Assembly (NCBI GenBank): GCA_031365555.1 | Contig: JANLYJ010000436.1 | Location: 1-40,318, forward strand | Direction: 5' to 3' | Origin: Gemmatimonadaceae bacterium | GTDB lineage: Bacteria > Gemmatimonadota > Gemmatimonadetes > Gemmatimonadales > Gemmatimonadaceae | Length of the DNA: 40,318 bases | In this document: positions 36,089 through 40,318 of the stretch, piece by piece | How positions within the stretch are numbered: position 1 is the stretch's first letter | How the letters are laid out: each line of letters begins with the position of its first letter | Program-made: the position numbers and the translations under genes | Notes under the pieces: generated by a model | Database searches by the model: none | What the model was told of the DNA's origin: nothing | The model's input: the letters and a program-made list of their open reading frames with translations, nothing else

Positions 36089-37459
36089 GTGAATTTCCTG
36101 AAACGTCCAGAAACTGAACTATCTATCCCGCCAGGGGCCGAGCCGGGCTGGCGCAGAGCCCGACTAACCCCGTCGCTCGCCGAAGTGTATCGAACGGTTC
36201 CGGTGACCGGTAAAACGTGGTGGCGAAAAGTGCTCGCCTTTGCCGGTCCGGGTTACCTCGTTGCAGTCGGCTACATGGATCCGGGCAACTGGGCCACCGA
36301 TCTCGCAGGTGGATCACAGTTCGGCTACACGCTGCTGACCGTGATTCTCATGTCCAACCTGATGGCCATTCTCCTTCAGGGTCTCTCGTCCAAACTCGGC
36401 ATCGTCACCGGCCGCGATCTCGCGCAGGCATGTCGCGATCACTACTCTAGGCCTGTTTCGTTCGCACTCTGGATATTGTGCGAGCTTGCGATCGCCGCCT
36501 GTGATCTTGCCGAAGTCATCGGGTCGGCCATCGCGCTGAACCTCTTGTTTGGAATGCCACTGCCGATCGGTATTGGCGTAACTGCGCTTGATGTCCTGCT
36601 CGTGCTCTACCTGCAGAACAAGGGATTTCGTCTTCTTGAAGCACTTGTGATTGCGCTGGTTGCAACGGTGGGCGCGTGTTTCCTTTTCGAAATCATTCTG
36701 TCCCAACCGCCTCTCGGCGATGTTCTGCGCGGGTTCATTCCGTCGCGCGAGGTCGTGACAAACTCGTCCATGCTCTACGTAGCCGTCGGCATTCTGGGCG
36801 CTACTGTGATGCCGCACAACCTGTATCTGCACTCCTCAATCGTTCAGACCCGCAAATATGAGGAAACCACCGAAGGCAAGAAGGAAGCAGTCAAGTTTGC
36901 TTTCATCGACTCCACGCTTGCGCTCTCTATCGCGCTGTTCATCAACGCGGCAATCCTGATTATTGCAGCCGCTACATTCCACACAAGTGGCCACAATGAA
37001 GTAGCGGAAATCCAGGACGCGTACAAACTCCTCACCCCTTTGCTTGGCGCTGGCGCCAGTACTGTGTTTGCACTCGCACTGCTCGCGTCAGGCCAGAACT
37101 CGACCCTGACCGGTACACTCGCCGGCCAGATCGTGATGGAAGGATTTCTCAATCTGCGACTGCGTCCCTGGCTACGGCGCCTGATTACGCGGTCGATTGC
37201 AATCGTTCCCGCGGCCATAGTCGCCGTTCTTTATGGTGAGAGCGGAACGGCAAAGCTGCTCATCCTGAGCCAGGTCATCCTTAGCATGCAGCTCTCCTTC
37301 GCAGTCTTCCCACTCGTCAAATTCACTTCGGATAAAACGAAAATGGGCCAGTTCGTGAATGCCGCCTGGCTCAAGTCACTTGCTTATCTTGTTGCGTTCG
37401 TAATTGCCAGTCTCAACATTTGGCTTCTCATTCAGATATTTCGCGGGAGCACCGGCTGA
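36089..37459 (+). CDS. mntH: Nramp family divalent metal (Mn2+) transporter
   Basis: [35 protein letters not shown]. Confidence 0.96.
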   Translation: MNFLKRPETELSIPPGAEPGWRRARLTPSLAEVYRTVPVTGKTWWRKVLAFAGPGYLVAVGYMDPGNWATDLAGGSQFGYTLLTVILMSNLMAILLQGLSSKLGIVTGRDLAQACRDHYSRPVSFALWILCELAIAACDLAEVIGSAIALNLLFGMPLPIGIGVTALDVLLVLYLQNKGFRLLEALVIALVATVGACFLFEIILSQPPLGDVLRGFIPSREVVTNSSMLYVAVGILGATVMPHNLYLHSSIVQTRKYEETTEGKKEAVKFAFIDSTLALSIALFINAAILIIAAATFHTSGHNEVAEIQDAYKLLTPLLGAGASTVFALALLASGQNSTLTGTLAGQIVMEGFLNLRLRPWLRRLITRSIAIVPAAIVAVLYGESGTAKLLILSQVILSMQLSFAVFPLVKFTSDKTKMGQFVNAAWLKSLAYLVAFVIASLNIWLLIQIFRGSTG

Positions 37460-37899
37460 TGTACAATCGCATCCTGGTTACGCTCGAAAATTCTTCGTAC
37501 GATGACGTGATTGTCGGGCACGTGCGTAAGCTTGCGAAGCTGTGTGGCTCCTCCCTGGTCCTCATTCATGTGGCAGACGGGTGGGCAGCGCGAAATACTA
37601 CCCAGCTGAAGCTTCGCGAATCCGAAGAAATGCAGCAGGACCGGGCATATCTCGAGAAAATCGCCGCGTCCCTCGAGAGTGACGGGATCGATACGGAGCC
37701 GCTTCTTGCAAGCGGGGACCCTGCGGATGAAATCTCGGCAGCTGCCGATCGCGAAGGCTGTGACCTGATCGCGATGACGACACACGGTCACAAGTTTTTG
37801 AATGACATGCTCCGCGGCAGTGTCGCCAACAAGGTGCGGCACAACTCGCTAGTACCGGTTCTCCTCGTGCGCGGCGCCGCTCGAGAGAAGCAAACGTGA
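37459..37899 (+). CDS. Universal stress protein
   Basis: MYNRILV, LIHV, GDPA.EI, DLIAM.THGH, GSVA..V....VPVLLV; TGATG coupling to mntH. Confidence 0.92.
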   Translation: MYNRILVTLENSSYDDVIVGHVRKLAKLCGSSLVLIHVADGWAARNTTQLKLRESEEMQQDRAYLEKIAASLESDGIDTEPLLASGDPADEISAAADREGCDLIAMTTHGHKFLNDMLRGSVANKVRHNSLVPVLLVRGAAREKQT

Positions 37900-38597
37900 A
37901 CGCAGCACGCCGTGTAGAGCCGCTTACCGGTCCGGTCGAAGATTACCTGAAGGCCATCTATGAGCTCGAGCGCGGTTCGGCTGTAGCCAACACATCAGAA
38001 ATTGCGCAGAGGCTCGAGATTGCACCGGCCTCGGTGAGTGGAATGATCAAGCGCCTATCCGACCAGGGACTGCTCGCATACGAGCCGTATAAAGGTGTCC
38101 GCCTCACCGGTGAAGGTCGCCGTGCTGCGCTGCGCACTCTAAGAAGGCATCGCGTTATCGAGGCTTATTTATCGATAGCGCTCGGCTATGCCTGGGATCG
38201 GGTTCACGACGAGGCCGAACAGCTGGAACATGCAGCTTCTGATGAGCTCATCGACCGCATGGCGCTCGCCATTGGGGAACCACTTGTCGATCCGCATGGA
38301 GCTCCGATTCCCAGCAGGGAAGGAACTATTGACGAGCGCGAATATCATTCACTCGCCGACGTTGCGGCGGGATATTCCGCGCGCGTCGTTCGTGTAAGCG
38401 ACGACGATCCGCGGATGCTGCGCTACCTGGCCGAGCTTTCAATAATTCCAGGCGCCGAGGTTACCCTGGTGTCGCGCGAACCGTTCGGCGGTCCTATCAC
38501 GGTTTCGATTTCAGAGGTTGAGACTGTCATCGGACCTTCACTGGCAGCTCAAGTCCTCGTCGAACCGCTGCCACATGCTGACCAGCCTGCCTACTGA
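37896..38597 (+). CDS. mntR: DtxR/MntR family metal-dependent regulator with C-terminal FeoA-like domain
   Basis: EDYLKAIY, RRHRVIE, EAEQLEH, DPHGAPIP. Confidence 0.92.
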   Translation: MNAARRVEPLTGPVEDYLKAIYELERGSAVANTSEIAQRLEIAPASVSGMIKRLSDQGLLAYEPYKGVRLTGEGRRAALRTLRRHRVIEAYLSIALGYAWDRVHDEAEQLEHAASDELIDRMALAIGEPLVDPHGAPIPSREGTIDEREYHSLADVAAGYSARVVRVSDDDPRMLRYLAELSIIPGAEVTLVSREPFGGPITVSISEVETVIGPSLAAQVLVEPLPHADQPAY

Positions 38598-38679
38598 TCC
38601 TCTGTAGGCTTTAAACCAGGCTTTAGTGTTTAACCGCCCAACTTGACACTGCACGTGTTAGGTGCGCTTCATTCAGTCA

Positions 38680-39489
38680 ATGTCGAGCATCAGAATTGGT
38701 ACTCAGGGATGGAATTACGATGCGTGGAGGGGACCGCTTTATCCGGAAGGAACTCGGCCTACGAATTTCCTTTCTGTTTATTCGCGCGCGTTCGACACCG
38801 TCGAAGTTGACTCCACGTTCTATGCAATTCCTGCTGCAACGACGATTCGTGGATGGTACGACAAGACGCCAGCCAATTTCATTTTTGCGCTGAAGCTCCC
38901 TCAGGAGATTACGCACCAGCAGCGCCTGCGGGATGTTACCGGGACAACTGAAGAATTTTTCGATCGCGTGCGTGAGCTCGGTATTAAGCTCGGCCCTATA
39001 CTCGTCCAGCTCGGCCCCGATTTTGAGCCCGCCGAGCTGCCCGCTCTGGTGAATTTTTTGGGCAGGTTGCCTGCAGACATCAAGGTTGCAGTCGAGTTCA
39101 GGCACCGGGGTTGGATCAGCGATGGTGTGCTTGCCCTTTTGCGCGAGAGAAATGTCGCGCTCGCGCTTATCGATGGCCGTTGGATTCCACGGAAGGCGAT
39201 GCTGGCTCTTGCGAAGCGTCCCACTGCCGACTTCGCATACATTAGATGGATGGGTCCAAACCGGGATATCGTCGATTACTCACGCGTTCAAGTTGATCGC
39301 ACCCGAGAGCTGGAGCAGTGGGGTGCTGCAATCGAAGATCTGCGTAACAATGGAGTGACGGAAATTTTCGGGTATGTTGCCAATCATTTCTCAGGACACA
39401 GTCCGGCAACTGCACGAGACATCCAGTCGCTGCTCGGGCAGACCTCCGTTTCGCCCGATGCCCTCGGCGATCAGCTCGCTTTTTTTTAG
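38680..39489 (+). CDS. DUF72 family protein
   Basis: IGTQGWNY..W, VEVDSTFY, K.PQEITH, LVQL, VEFRH..W. Confidence 0.9.
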   Translation: MSSIRIGTQGWNYDAWRGPLYPEGTRPTNFLSVYSRAFDTVEVDSTFYAIPAATTIRGWYDKTPANFIFALKLPQEITHQQRLRDVTGTTEEFFDRVRELGIKLGPILVQLGPDFEPAELPALVNFLGRLPADIKVAVEFRHRGWISDGVLALLRERNVALALIDGRWIPRKAMLALAKRPTADFAYIRWMGPNRDIVDYSRVQVDRTRELEQWGAAIEDLRNNGVTEIFGYVANHFSGHSPATARDIQSLLGQTSVSPDALGDQLAFF

Positions 39490-39491
39490 TC

Positions 39492-40181
39492 GTGCGTCCA
39501 AGAACGCTGGTACTTGTTGCAACCAGCATTGTGTTCGCCGCCGCATGCACCTGGCTCGGCTTCTGGCAGATCCGCCGGCTGCACGAGAAGCAGAAATACA
39601 ACGAGACGATTGCATCGCGACGCTTTCTTCAGGCAATCCCGTTTGATTCCATTTCTGCAGACACGTCCGAGTCGAAATTCAGGCGGGTGAAGATCCATGG
39701 TAGATATGATTATTCACACCAGATCCTCTGGACGCTTCGAGGCCGCGATGGCTCTCCGGGGGTGAACATCCTGACTCCACTCAGGCGAGCAGGTACAGAC
39801 ACGGCAGTACTGATCAACCGGGGGTGGGTGTATTCCCCCGATGCTACACACGCGGACGTCGCGCGATGGAAAGAGCCCGACTCGCTTAGTGGTGAAGCGT
39901 ACATACTGCCACTGCACTCCAGCACGGCACGCGATTCAGGTACAGCAGCAGGTCGGTCGTTCCGCAATCTCGATTTGCCCGTCCTCCGCCGGTCCTTCCC
40001 ATACCCGATCGCGCCGGTATTTGCAGTTCTGGCCAGCGCTCCGGTCGATTCCGCGAATACGCCTCCACGCGTGACGCTGATCCCTCTGGATGAAGGGTCA
40101 CACCGCAGTTATGCGTTTCAGTGGTTTTCGTTCGCGGCGATCTCTATTATTGGTGCAGTCATATTCACCCGGAAAACATGA
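39492..40181 (+). CDS. SURF1 family protein
   Basis: LGFWQIRR, INRGWV, H.SYAFQWFSFA; TM helices at both ends. Confidence 0.92.
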   Translation: MRPRTLVLVATSIVFAAACTWLGFWQIRRLHEKQKYNETIASRRFLQAIPFDSISADTSESKFRRVKIHGRYDYSHQILWTLRGRDGSPGVNILTPLRRAGTDTAVLINRGWVYSPDATHADVARWKEPDSLSGEAYILPLHSSTARDSGTAAGRSFRNLDLPVLRRSFPYPIAPVFAVLASAPVDSANTPPRVTLIPLDEGSHRSYAFQWFSFAAISIIGAVIFTRKT

Positions 40182-40318
40182 GCGATAGAAGTCACGAGCT
40201 GGCCACCGAAGTCGAAGCGCGTGACGTTGCAGAAGCAGCGCGCGAAACCGAATGGGAACATCCAAGTTTCGTCGCCGAGCTGTTTCTGGGACGTTTTCGT
40301 CCGGAGCTCATTCATCCA

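Noticed and set aside
40182-40318. Possible CDS at the right edge of the window
   Set aside because: Too little sequence and no recognisable motif to support a call.

Overview
Gene-dense, GC-rich bacterial chromosome segment; the gene content suggests a Gemmatimonadota-like organism (inference, not verified). About 40 CDS were called, and no rRNA, tRNA, CRISPR array, transposase or integrase was recognised. Most genes are housekeeping or metabolic (thyX, thiolase, 3-hydroxyacyl-CoA dehydrogenase, rnhA-like, deoC plus ALDHs, mntH-USP-MntR, LD-carboxypeptidase, SURF1). The best candidates for something new are: (1) an operon with its own promoter encoding two D-Ala-D-Ala-ligase-like ATP-grasp enzymes, a GNAT, a lysine-2,3-aminomutase-type radical SAM enzyme and a YkgJ-like Cys protein, possibly making a beta-amino-acid peptide; (2) a coupled N6-adenine methyltransferase plus SNF2 helicase pair with no visible nuclease; (3) an ECF sigma / small membrane protein / secreted Met-rich repeat protein module; (4) an RNase HI with a rearranged acidic active site; (5) three intergenic stretches that fold by eye into multi-stem RNAs not matching families I recognise. 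All family calls come from motif recognition by eye; no database searches or folding programs were run.
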